Counted from the first letter of the stretch, positions 16,101 to 32,200 are shown. The stretch: 64,000 nucleotides of DNA from Cercozoa sp. M6MM (GCA_040357565.1 JBDODJ010000004.1); one strand, 5' to 3'. Notes: a model not told the origin generated them from the sequence alone. Numbers and translations are program-made.

Positions 16101-19100
16101 CTGTCGTCGTCGCAGTGCCACACACGCACGTGGCTCGGCACGCTGCTCAGCGTCATCTACACTCCCAGTCAGACACGTGACCCTGACCCATCAGTCACAC
16201 TGATGGTGTGTGTACCAGCCGGGTCGCAGCACAGCGCCAGTCGGCCCACGTGCTCACTCGGCAGCAGTCGCACGTGCTCGCGCTCCAAGTCCACCGCCGC
16301 AAAGGCCTCCACAAACACCGGCACCTTGCCTTGCTGTCCGGGGGGGGGGGGTAAAGGACGGGGTAAAGACAGGGCAAAGAGGGAGAGGAGGGGGAAGGGG
16401 TAAAGAGGGGGTGAACAAGAGCAGAGAGAGGATAGACAGGGGGGGGGGGGGGGGGGGAAAGAGGTAAAATGCACTCTCGACACTCGCAGTCGGTTGACGA
16501 GTGCCTCCCGAAGCAGTCGCCACAGCAGCACGCGAACGCGCTCCGTGTGCCGCAACTGCATCTCGCAGGCACGCTCGCTGTGCACACGCAGACCGGTCCA
16601 TTTGTACCCAGGTCGCTCGGTCCATTTGTACCACTAGCGTACTAATATGTACCTAGAGTGTAGCCGACCCAGATCGGGCGGTTCGGCGACGGTGGCACGC
16701 AGCGCGTCGCAGTGCACCGACAGACGGCCCAGCATGGCCACCACCGTCGCCACGAACTCGTCCGGAAACACATGCTCCGCGCGGACGCTCCGCACGCACC
16801 GTGACACGTGTGCCGCCGCACGTGCCAACTGCACACCAATATAATCGTCAATCACACCACCCACACAACCGTCAGACACGTGGTACTGCGAGTGCTGTTC
16901 GCCACGCGTTCGACAGCTCCGTTTCAAACTCCTGCAAGGGGGGGGGGGGGGCTTAGAGGGGTGGAATGGGGGTAAAGGACGCGAGATAGAGAGGGCAAGA
17001 GGGGGGTAAGAACCTCACTGTGCTGCTGCAGGGCGTAGTGCTGCGTGTCGCGCAGCAGCGGCAGCAGCCACGACTCGACGTGACTCGTCACAGTCATCAC
17101 CAGGTCCGTGGCCTGTCCGTGTGGACAGGTACACGAGGGATACAAACAAACAGGTACACATGGACCGGTACACATGGACAGGTACACATGGACAGGTGCA
17201 CATGGACAGGTACACATGGACAGGTACACATGGACAGGGACAGCAGTACCAGCGAGCGCGGCGACGCGCGAACGCACACAGCGCCGAGCGACTTCAGAAT
17301 CGACATCTCGCCTGGCGCCACTGCCGACTCCGACACTCCTGGGGGGGGGGGGGGGTAAAGCACCTTCGAGCGGCACATGCTCGAGCTTGGACAGCGCGAG
17401 CTGCACGATGCCGACGGCGTTGCCGAGCGACAGCGGCGTCGTCGCCACCACGGCCGTCGCCACGTCCACCACGCGTGCCATCTCGCCCTTAACCAATTTG
17501 ACCCGTACAAACTGATCTCATCTCCGCCAGAAAAATAACCTTGTAGCCAGTCCTACCTCGAGTTGCAGCGCGTGCTGCAGCAGTCGCACCACGACGAGAT
17601 CGGCACGTTGCAGACAGCCTGCAGGGCGCAAATGAGTTTAAGCCCCTCCCACCAGTTTTGCCTTTACCCCTCCCACCCAGTTTTGCCTTTACCCCTCCCA
17701 CCAGTTTACCCCCCACCCCCCCAGTTTACCCCCCAGGTACCTCGTTCGAGCAGCGCGCGCACGCAGAAAACGGCGAATCGGTGCGGACGCCATCGCACGC
17801 GCGCGTCGTCCAACACCGACGCCACGGCCTGCAGCACGGCATCCAGTGTCGACACCTACGGGACCGTACATGTGTTACCGTCCATTTGTACCGTACATTT
17901 GTACCGTACATTTGTACCATACACGATATTTGTTTACTGTTTAGACGGTACCTGTACAAGATCGCCAACGGCTCGCCAGGCCGCCACCGCGTAGCTGCGA
18001 CACGTGTCAACGGCCTTACCCACTTCCTAACCTTCTTACCCCCCTCTTACCCCCATGTGTGAGACGTACCGCGTCGTGATGAGCGACAGATGCGACAGAA
18101 ACGCGTTGATTTTTTCACTCTGCTGCTGCACGTCGCCTGCGCCTGTGCCAGGGGTAAAGGGGGATGGAGGGGGGGGGGGGTAAAAGGGAGTACCCAGCCG
18201 TCGCAACGCTGCGACATGCGCCTCCGTTCTACGGCAGGGGGGGGAGGTAAAGAGAGTAACGGGAGTGGGTAGAACACACCTTTGCCGCAGCAGCGTGTCG
18301 ACGTCGGTGCAGACGGAATCGTCACCGTCAGCAACACCGTCATTGATGCGATTATTGATGCGATCATTGATGCCATCAGTGACACCGTCAGTATCAGCGT
18401 CACCGTCGGCACTGACAGTCTCGCTTTGATCGCCGTGCAGCAGCATGTTATCGCGCACCGTCATCAGTATCGGCATCGTCATACTACCGGGAAGGAATCG
18501 GGGGAAGATAGGGCCGGGAGGGGGGTAAAGACGTGGTAAGGTGACAGAGCGAGAGACAAAGGGGAGGGGTGAGGGCGGGAGGGGGGGGGGGGTAAACCCG
18601 TACCTCGACAGTTCGGACAGCGTCAGAGCGTCCGGCGCGAACACGGCGAGTTTGCGCAGCGTCAGTAGACACGCCTGCGCCAGTGCGTGCGTGCCAACCG
18701 ACATGTGACGCCGCAGCTTGCGCCACTCACCTGGGGGAACGGGGTCAATGGGGGTAAGTACGAAGCAAAAGGGGGTGGTGGGTAACGTAAGTGGGGTAAC
18801 GGGGGGAGGGGGAATACTCTCTTGACTAAAGGTGCGACGCAGTGCAGCGGCTACAATGTGGTACAGATACGGTACAGATGTACGGTATAGACGAACAACA
18901 CACACTGTACAGTTAAGGAAGCGGGTACCAATGTCGAACTCGTCCTCGGCGATTTCGTCGAGGTCGCCGAGATCGACGTCGTTGTCGCACGCGTCTACAC
19001 AAACTCTCAGTCACGTGGTCACTTTGCTGGTCACTTGGTCACTTGGTCAGGTGATCCCTCAGTCAGATGGTCACACAGATATATATATATATATATAAAT

Positions 19101-19930
19101 ATATATATACATATATATGTGTGTGTGTGAGTATGTGTACCGCAGGGTGTCGGATCGCGCAGCAGGGCCGCCACGTCGCGAATGAGCGCCGCCACCGTCG
19201 CCGTGCCGAGCAGTCGCCGCGACGGCGCGTGCTCCGCGAAGGCGTTGACGGCTCGCAACGCGTCCAATCGCACCGCCAGGGCCACTGTAACCACATGGTA
19301 GAGGATGGTGAGGGTAGGAGGTATAGTGAGGGGTGGATGAAAGCCAAAGGAATAGAGGGGTAGGAGAAAGGCAAAAGGATAAAAGAGAGCAAAGGGTCTC
19401 AGTGTACCCGAGCCAGTCGGCTGGAGAGCGCGAGCGCATGCGTCGATTGCCAAGTCATCGTAGCGCGCCAGCGACGTCGGCGGCGAGTGGCACTGGACGA
19501 TCAGGTGCGTCAGTGCCTGCAGTCCGACACGTGCGCGTAGCCACCTCGAACCGTCCAGGTCACGCACGATCTGCTTGTGCAGGTACCTCGCCTGTCCACA
19601 CGTGTTTAAATACACTCACTCACCAAACGCGATTCACCCCCCCCCCAGAAACCATACGGTATCACGCAGCCGACGTGGATAAGAAGCACTCCAGCGACAC
19701 AACTCGTCCCTATAACGTGCCCACATAGACTGACAGGACATGTACAACTGGACGGAAGGTACCGCCGCCGCCGGATCCGCGTGGTGTCGCCCATGCCGCT
19801 CTCCAGCACAGGCGGGTACAGGTTGCGCACATCTGCATGTTGTATGCAACTTACACGGCCTATTTTGAGGATATAACGATCTGTTACTCTGCTTGTATCG
19901 AGGTCGCGGCTTGCGACAACAGATGCACAT
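13137..19930 (-). CDS. EFR3: EFR3 homolog (ARM-repeat plasma-membrane scaffold of PI4KIIIalpha) with many low-complexity insertions
   Basis: Spliced N-terminus MCICCRKPRPRYKQ|NVRNLYP...DELCRWSASYPRRLRDT|ARYLHKQIVRDL...GLQALTHLIVQCH matches the EFR3 pattern (Cys cluster, RPRYKRLVDNIFP, IGAYL...RD...ALDQLLMACH). Confidence 0.75.
17119..17237. repeat. 14-bp minisatellite (TGGACAGGTACACA)n in an EFR3 intron
   Basis: About 6-7 near-identical copies. Confidence 0.9.
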
Positions 19931-20253
19931 TGCAACTCACTGCAGCAGGGAGATCCATCTCCGTTTATTTGTTAATTGCATCCATCATGCAATACCTGAG
20001 CGAGCGCACGCCGTCCTTTTAAGGATGTTCACACACGTGTTGCTCCCGTGTACCTTGCGTTGCTGACAACTAGACGGCGCTACATGCACTGTACACGACA
20101 AACGGGCATTGCACACTTTGGCTCACTCGTTCTCGTCCCAAAGTGGCACAAACCGACCCAGGTGAGTCGAAACAACTTGTTCAAGCATTATACTTGTACG
20201 GTGCAGTACAGTGCAATGTAGCAGTGTTGTAATTGTGTTATTCTACGTGCAAA

Positions 20254-23200
20254 CTACTCATCGTCAAAACGTGCATAGTTACGCGGCATTGATCGCGAAG
20301 CTGAGCGCGATTTGAGCGAACTCAGCTGTTCGAGGCGGCGTCGCGCGCGTGTTAGTTTCTGAAAAGGGAAAATTTTAGTTGTATTTTAGGAGGCAGCAAA
20401 GGCTGAGACAAAGGACCCACGGCTACCTCAAAAGCAGCGCGCTGCGAAGCCGTCTCGCGCGACGAGGCCCCAGTACCGCCGTTGCTTGCCGACGTGCCCG
20501 TGGACGTGCCGACCACCGCCACCTGCGCAGGGGCAAAGGCGGTAAAGGGGTACAGAGCACGGTATTTTTCATGTACCTCGTCGTCGTGATCGTCAAGATT
20601 GAGTCGTCCGCGCACGTCGCTCAGATGCGCACGCGCACGTGTCCGCGCGGACGCCAAGTGCTGGGTGCCGCTCTCTGTCCGCGCGGGTGGTGCTGTGCGT
20701 GCGCCCTCTGGTGTGCTGGTGCGTCGCTTGTCCAGCTGCACATATGTACATGTGATAGAAAGGTAGTGCAGAACACGGTGCTCGAATACCTTGGACGACG
20801 AGGATGACAGTGTTCTCGCCGAGGCGCGCGGCGGCGTGTGCCAGATCTCGTCACTGTGATGACCACTTCGATCACTGCGATGACCACTGCGATCATTACG
20901 GTGTCCACTTCGATCATCGTAACCGTCAGCGCGATCGCGACTGAGCTGGTGTCGCAGCACAGCACTCGGTGATACCGCCTTGTCGTCTGCGCATACAACA
21001 CACAGGGTGGCTACACAGACCTGACTGCACTGCGTACGGTCCATCTGTACGGTCCATCTGTACCGGAGGCAGAGACGTCAACCACTTCGCGCAGACGACG
21101 CTGTCGGCGTCGTAGTTCGTGCGCCACCTGCAGCAGCGCCTCGTGGTCCCGTCGCAGTGCCTGCGGGAAGAAGGTAAAGAGGGGGGAAGGGGATAAAGTA
21201 TAGGAAGTAACACCTCGGTCTCGCGTTGTGCCGCTTCGTAGCGCCGCTGCAACTGCTCGTTTTCGTCCTGTAGTCCTGCCACCTCTTGCTACAGGTGACA
21301 GGGCATATCCAAGGATCTCCGGGGGAGGGGGTAAAGGAAACCACCTGTGCACGCCGTTGCTGCGACCGCAGCATTTCGTTTTCTTCCTGTAATGCGGCGT
21401 TTCTTTGAACTGTCTGAGCCTACACACTCGTTTTAAAATTCGTACATTAGTTCATTTGTTTAGGGGAAGTACATGTCGTTGCTGCAATGTCTCGGCGTGC
21501 TGTCGCAGCGCCGACAGTTCTGACTGCGCCTGCTGCCATGACGAACGGAAACCCGTGCACTCGGATTGACTCTCCCTAAGCAATGCACGCGTGTACGTTT
21601 GGACTAAGGCAGAAAACTGTACCAAGCACAAAAACGTACCTCAAGGACGCTTCAGAGCGTTCGCGAAATTCCGCGAATTCGCGCGTCACTTTTCCGAGTC
21701 GTTCCTGCAGCACAATTTGCTCGTTCTGCAGTGCGCGTTTCTCCTCGCCGAATCTCGTATCGGCCTGGACAATAGCACTCCGCATGGATCGCAGGTGACG
21801 TAGTCTCAACGAGAACACGTACACTGAGCAATTCGCGTTGTAAGGTCGAATTCTCCTTTTGCGCTGCCGTGCTCACCTTTCGGATCTCGTCCTATAGCAC
21901 ACAGATGGGACGGTACATGTGAATCGTACAAAAGGTCATCTAGACATGCAATTACCTGGAGCAGGCGAACTGTGTCCTGTGCATGTCGTAGCTTTTGCAC
22001 ATTGCGTTCGCTTTCTTCGCTGACTTGGCGCAGTCTGCGCACGATTTCACCACAATTTCACCCCCCCCCCCATACCCTTTCCCCTCATATTACACGAAGT
22101 TAGCGCATGTGTGTTACTGTCTTTGCGTATTTTCTGACATTTCGCGCAATTTCTTTTCATACGTATATCGATCTTCGTCGATGCGCGACTCAGCGATTTT
22201 GAGTTTTTCTTGCAGGTTTCGCACAGTGTCTTGGAAGTGCGATACCTGTGTTTTGTTTTCGGAGAAATGCACGGAAGCAACATACACACACACAATTATA
22301 TTAATATGTGGTATCAAAAGGTACCTTTTCGCGGTGTTGCTTTTGCAGTTCGCTGAACTCGGAGGCTACCTGCACAAGAGTACATCGACATACCACATGA
22401 TGGTCACTCGAGACAATCAGTGCACAAGTCACCTCCTGAATAGCACTGGCCTGAGCACGTGCATGCTCTTGCAGAGTGCGCTCGCGCTGCTGCAGGCGCT
22501 GTTGTTCGGTCTGAAAATCCTCGCGGCGTTGGGCGAATTCTTCGCGCTCTTTTCGTGCCTGTTTATGTGGTCGTAGGTATAAAGGTAACGATACACTTGT
22601 TCACATATGCTGACAGAACACACACACACACCACATACACACACACAGACCTGTTCACGCAATCGAGCGACTTCAGCATCACGTTCTTCGACAACACTGC
22701 GGAACTGTGCAAATACAAACACACGGTAGATTGATTCAGGGTGTGTTGATACGGATTTATGTTGTGTTTGAAAGGAACCCGTTGAAACATGGCATCGTAT
22801 TTCTGGAGTTCCTTGTCGCGCTCCTACAAGAGTTAAGAGAAGGGAAGTAACTGGAGGGGTGTGGTAAAAGACAAAAGAAACCTCCAGCAGTCGCAGGTTG
22901 TATAAAAAGTCCTGTCGCAGTTTCTCGTGCCGTCTTCGCAGCTCGCTCTCTTCTCTCTACAGTCAAGCACGGTGACAAATCATTAGGTCAGTGGACTTGA
23001 GTTTAACAGATAAATGAAACCGTCATCGATACCGATAGCGACAGTGCAGAGGCAGACGGTGACGTCTCCACCAGCGGCGATGTGCCCTCGCTACCTTGCT
23101 TACCTAAGCACACATCGCAATGTGCACCCTGCCTGTTCTACGTGCACAGAGTTACCACTACTCTCGGTACTGACACGTGTGCGTGAACGAGGTCTCTGGG

Positions 23201-23599
23201 GTGAGAGTATCTGTGCGAACATACAGTCGATTCTGAAAGGCACGTCGGTAGAATACCTCATCAGTCTTTTGCAACGTATCAAACAGCACTGGGCTCTCTG
23301 TGTGCACACATGTCACATAGCCAGCAGCAATAGTTCCACACGAGCAAGCAGAGAAAACACACGCGATGATGCTGCTCGGGAAGGCGTCGACGGCGTCGGA
23401 GACGTGTCCTGCAGCAAGGCGCCAATTTTGGCCGACAGCGATGCTACTCGCTCTGCAGCGTATCAGAATCGCGCACACTCGAGTTTAATTTCACATGCAC
23501 TTTGATGTTGAAACCCAACAAGAACGAAAAGAAAACCAGTGAGAAAAAAGCACTACCTTCATCCAGTTTCCAGACGCGGTCATTGCCTGCCGACGACAT
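20254..23599 (-). CDS. Long coiled-coil protein (C-terminus weakly CCDC57-like), multi-exon
   Basis: Many heptad-rich exons (FQDTVRNLQEKLKIAESRIDEDRYTYEKKLREM; EEKRALQNEQIVLQERL). Ends ...SMPRNYARFDDE*. Confidence 0.6.
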
Positions 23600-23877
23600 C
23601 CTTGTTCGCCAAAATCGACTTGCTCGATCGTTGCCTATCCGGCACCGTCGATCACACTAACGTGATCGTCGTGCACCCTGCCACCACAGACACTGGCAAT
23701 GCTGCTAGAAACGCCCAATCGTTTGTTTTAAAGACGCGTTTCTTTTTAACTTATCCGCGCGTTCCGCTCTTGGCCGAAATGCTCTCATCTAATTGAGAGT
23801 TTGGCTAGCTCGCGCGTGTGAAACTTCAGTTTTACACTACACTGTTACAGTTAGAGGCGCGAAAAGCCGCAACGAAG

Positions 23878-25559
23878 ATGTCGCTTTTCGACAGCGACAG
23901 CGGGAGTGAAGATGAGGCACGCTGGGTTGCCACATCTCTGTCGTAACTCCTCCTCGTTGCATGTCTAAACCAAATGTTTGCTGGAATCTGGTGCATGTTG
24001 ACAGGGCCAAAGCGGAACCAAAGTACGAACCACAAGACGATTTTGTGCGAGCACCAAAACGACGTCGTACGTTTGCTGTCTCTACTTGCTGGTTTTAGTT
24101 GACATGTGTCTGGATTGTTGGTCTATCTTTAAAGGCGAAATTCGGGAGAAGCGCGAGCAGATGCCGACGAAATTCGAGTGGCGCATGCCTCCACGTATCG
24201 ATCAGGTATGATCTACCCTGCCTATATTGACATGTGTTACCCTATGTGTGCAGCTTTGGACGAATGCATCAGTCGGAACAAAGATTGATTTGCGATACGG
24301 TGCGTTGTTTTCGTGATAGTTCGACTTCCGCGCGGACGGGTTCATTTGTTTAGTATCGCGGAAGTTTCCGCGCGCGCGCTTCGATCCGCGTGCTTCCGCT
24401 GCGGGCAACTTTCACTTCCAGGTATTGCTTAAACATGTTGTGTGTTCAGTTGTAGATGCCCTCGCGTCCGCGCGGATGTGGTTGTGTCACCCTGGATAGT
24501 TGTACAAGCCACGTGTGACGGTGCAAGTGCATTCGACAGGCACAGTGCGTACCATGGGCAGCAAGTCACTGGTACTCTCCCTGTTTGGGGGAGGCTGTTA
24601 TTCCTGCAAGTATGACTCTTGTGCAGCTGGATGCACTCGTGGCCACAAGGATAGCTGCGCGTATGCTGGTATCTACCGCTTGTTTTCTATGTTGACACAG
24701 TAGAAGCGACGTGTGTTTCCGAGTGCAGGCACGTGTGCCCAAGCAACCAGAGGACTGGTCCAAGCACCACGGTAGGCAATACGACGAGTGGGGCCGTCTG
24801 CTGCCGTCCTCTGGTATCCCATTGTGCCCATGTTCTGAGTGGTCACTTAAAGTGGTCACTTGTGCACGTGTACCGTACTTATCACTGAGTAACTGAGCAG
24901 ACCCGGTGCTGCTGCCAAAGAGCGAGATTCACCTACGCGAACTACGCGAGTATCCGCACATTCGGCGTGTGCGTGACTTCTGCGTCTCGCTTGTCAGTGG
25001 CCAGGCCGATCTTGGCTTTGACGTCGATCTCAAAGACATGCACAATGCCTACGATCACCAGTGCCAGGTTTGTTTTTCTTTGTTCCATCTATAAGCAAGA
25101 CCTGTGTTGCTGCAGTACGACCCGCACGTGGACGAGGCACTCAAGTTTATCGCTCGAGAGGACCCGCCGCTTTCGTTCTCGCTGCGTGAGTCGGGCCAGA
25201 TAAGCTCGCTTCAGTGTCGCAGTGAGGACGACTTCTACCAGGCATTGCTGCTTTTTGTTTTTACCTACCGATGTATCGATACATCTATGCTTACATCTTT
25301 ATACTGGCAGGGCATGGAGGAGCTGTACGACATCGCGCAGCGCTTTCGAGTCGGCAAGGATGACGGCGACGACGACGTCGTGCTCGGAGATCTCAGTGAC
25401 TCTGATGGCGAGAACGACGATGTCGCGACCCAACAGACCGGCCCTCGTGAACCCACGACGACTGCGCAAGCTGCGCTGCCGCCTCTCCCGGATCTGCCAG
25501 GTTTGCCGGACTTGCAGCTGCCCGATTTGCCTGATCTCCCGGATCTGCCGGGGTTTTAA
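23878..25559 (+). CDS. Highly divergent TBP-like factor (TRF/TLF type), about 11 exons
   Basis: Two TBP core repeats after splicing. Repeat 1: PRIDQLWTNASVGTKIDLRYVSRKFPRARFDPRASAAGNFHFQLYKPRVTVQVHSTGTVRTMGSKS..ATRIAAR. Repeat 2: DFCVSLVSGQADLGFDVDLKDMHNAYDHQCQYDP..PPLSFSLRESGQI..SEDDFYQGMEELYDIAQRFR. Confidence 0.8.
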
Positions 25560-25735
25560 CGTCGCCTTGGTTTGACGCAAGAACCCAACCGTTGGGGTAA
25601 TTCTTCACTTCGCTTCTTCTATCATTATTCCCTCGCTTCGTCTATTGACGATTTACTTCTTTTATTTAGTTCTTTTCACTAACAAACGTCAGTACACATA
25701 GTCCTCCTTACCAGCGCAGTACTCGAACACCACAG

Positions 25736-29071
<3,336 letters not shown>

Positions 29072-29272
29072 CGCCGGCCAAACTCGTGCTCACAGCACAC
29101 CAAAAACGAAACACAATCCAATTAAACCTACGGGAAGCGCTCTGCGCTCAGTGTCGAAAAATTGGTTGTCTTTGAGACAATATTTTTCAGGTTATTTTCA
29201 CTGCGAGGCGCAACGCAACTGGCTGACTGTCGGCTCAACAACCCAAGCCCATTACTAACAAAACGAAACAAC

Positions 29273-32200
29273 TCAAGAGGCGGCGCTGTTATTGGCGTCA
29301 GGTAGAGGAATGGCGTGCGAATTCGGAACGATCCAGCCGCCTTGTGGCATCGCTGTTGCAAAAATAAGACACATTGGCACACTGAAACACATGGGGACGA
29401 AGCGTGCCAGTGAGGAAGCGTACCCACATGCCCAGTGGCAGCGGCGAAAGCAGCGTCCAACAGCGCCGCCAGCGAGGCGTAGGTAATCACGAGAACACGC
29501 GAGGCGTCCACACTCGACAGCATGACGCTGTCAGATCAAGCGGAAGGGGTAACATAGGTAACATAGGTAACAAGAGTAGAGTTTAGGGCTACCTCTCGGA
29601 ACTCCTCGTGTCCAGACGACTCAGCGACTCGACCACGTGCGCCAATGAGACGTTTTGCCTCCTGTTGCAAGGCATACTGGGGGGGGGGGGTGATACAGGG
29701 GCAAAGGAAGCTACCCATCAGCACGCGCCAGGTGGAACAAGTGTGCACGGAACAACTGTAGCGGCAGGTATCTCGGGTCGGGCTCTACATATTAAAGGGT
29801 AGAAGGGGTTGCGGGGTCAGGGAATAAACAGCACCAGACAGCGCCGTCGGCCGGTGCGTCACAAAATCCAGTTTGCAAAGCAGTCGAAACAAGCGGCCAT
29901 TTTGAGTGCTGCGCGCCAACTCGGCCAACGTTGCGTCTGCCAACTGCACGGGGGGGGGGGGATAAAGGGAAGGCAGAGGTAAAGGGGAAGTCGGGGGTGA
30001 AGGGGAGGTAGGACAAAGAGGGTAAATGCAAAAGGTACCTGCAGGTTGGACGTGGCATGCCGCGCCAGTCGCGTGGCCACTCTGGTACATGCGTTCTACA
30101 GCACATACACACAGATCGTTACCCCTTTGCCCCTCCCTCGTCGAAGAAGAAGACATACCTCGACGGAGAGTCCGTGTTGAATGCGACGTTTGAGGTACGT
30201 CATGGCCGTGACATTGTCGTCGGCCTTGCTATGGTCACTCGGTGTCAGGTGGTCACCGTGCTCACCGTCAGTGGCACTGGCACTGGCACTGTCACCGTCA
30301 CTGACAGTGTCGCTCACCAGTAGCCAGCGCACGAAGCGCAGCAGACTGCGCGCGTCCTCCGCGGCCTCTTGGTGTCTCCGTTGCTACCAGGGGATAAGGG
30401 ACAAAGGGATAAAGGGGGGGGGGTAAAAGTGTCAAAGGATGTGAATACTGCATCAACGTCGCTGCTGCGCTGCATTTCTTTTTCGGCCTCTTTCGCCTGT
30501 TTCTGTCAGTCGGGGGNNNNNNNNNNNNNNNNNNNNNNNNNNNNNNNNNNNNNNNNNNNNNNNNNNNNNNNNNNNNNNNNNNNNNNNNNNNNNNNNNNNN
30601 NNNNNNNNNNNNNNNNGGGGGGGGGGTAAGGAGAGACATGTAAGCTTACCACATTCGAAGGAGACAGACGTCGGACGCACATCGGCGTTTGTTCACTCTG
30701 TGTTGATAAAGATAGACATGGGGCTGGGAGGGGTAATCTGTACCTTGTGCGCAGCCAGACGTTCGTTACACCGCCGCAGCGATGCCAGAGCACCCAGCAA
30801 CTGCAGCGTGATACGCCTGGGACAAGGGGCAACGGAGAGGGTAAGGGCGTAGAAGGAGTGAAGGGGCGAAGGAAGCAAACCACGCAGCCGACGCACTCGG
30901 CGGCGGCGCGGCGGCGCGCTGTTTCCGCCGCTGCTCTGCTGTGCTTCCTATGCCGAGAAGACATGTAAGGAAGTAAAGGAAGTAAGAGGGTAAGAGGGGG
31001 GTAACGCACCGCGCACAGGTAGGAAGGCTTGTTCCAGAGTGACAGACATGGCGTAGAAGTCGTACACGAGCACCAGCGACGTGTCGCCAAACGCACGTGT
31101 TTCAAACACGTCGAGCACTACAAAAACAATCATAACAGACACACAAAAAGTAGAGCTGGACTACAATACATCCAACAAAGGCGCCGTCGTCCCGAACGCT
31201 TCTCCTACACAGTACGAGGGAGAGGGTAAAGGGCAAGGGGCAAGTACATAAAAGTTACCACCGACGTAGCACGTTTTCACGTGAGTCTGTTCTGTCGTCC
31301 TTCTGTGCGTACAGACAAACCGTAGAGACTGGGCCCACTTCTCGACATGTGGACCAGAGAGTTAAACAAACCTGCCAATTGCAGAGACGTCGCAACATCA
31401 CCACAACACCCTGCACATATAAGGGATAACAGGGAGTATAGGAATGCTGGTAGGGGGTATGCAGGAATAATATACATCGGCCGACCGCGTTGCCTTGAGA
31501 CTCTGCGTCGTTAGCCCGCGCGGACGCCTGCAACAACACCAAGAACAATAAATACGACCTGGTCGAGTATAGGAGCAAGATAGATACTATACCAGGCATT
31601 CTCAGTGGCATGCTCCAGCAGCGCGAGCGAGTGATATTGATCGTTGTGCAACGTCAGTGGCAGCTTTAGCAACTGCACACGGAGAAGGGTGAACGGAGGG
31701 GTAAAAGGGTAAATAAGCAGAACACCTCAGCTTCAGCAGGGACGTGGCGGCGCAGCAGCTCGCGCTGACGACGCTCGCAGTCGCGCAGTAGCTCAGCACG
31801 CGGAAAGTAGCCCACGTACGGTCTACAGTCATACATGTGGTACTTTGTCACTGTAACTTGGTACGCGGTGGTACGCGGAGCCAGTTGGCACATGGGTCCA
31901 GTTGGCACGTGTTTCACACTTACCGTCGCAGAGGCGGCACGGCAGCAAAGAAACGTTCCAGCACCGCGTGGTGTGGCATTCGCAGCGGCTCCGACTCGGA
32001 CGGCGGCGTCTCGTGCACTTCGTCCAGTTCCTGCGTAAGGTAGTAACGGAGAGAAAGGTGATTAAGAGGGTAAGGTCAAAATACAAGTAGCGTGTCGTCG
32101 ATGTCGTCATCGACGTCGATGCCGACGTCGAGAGTGCCGTTGAGATCAGTGCCGCCGGACTCGCTAGTTTCCTCGGTCTGAGCTGCGCCTGACAGTGCCT

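Noticed and set aside
17119-17237. CRISPR-like repeat array
   Set aside because: Contiguous tandem repeats with no spacers, in a eukaryotic intron.
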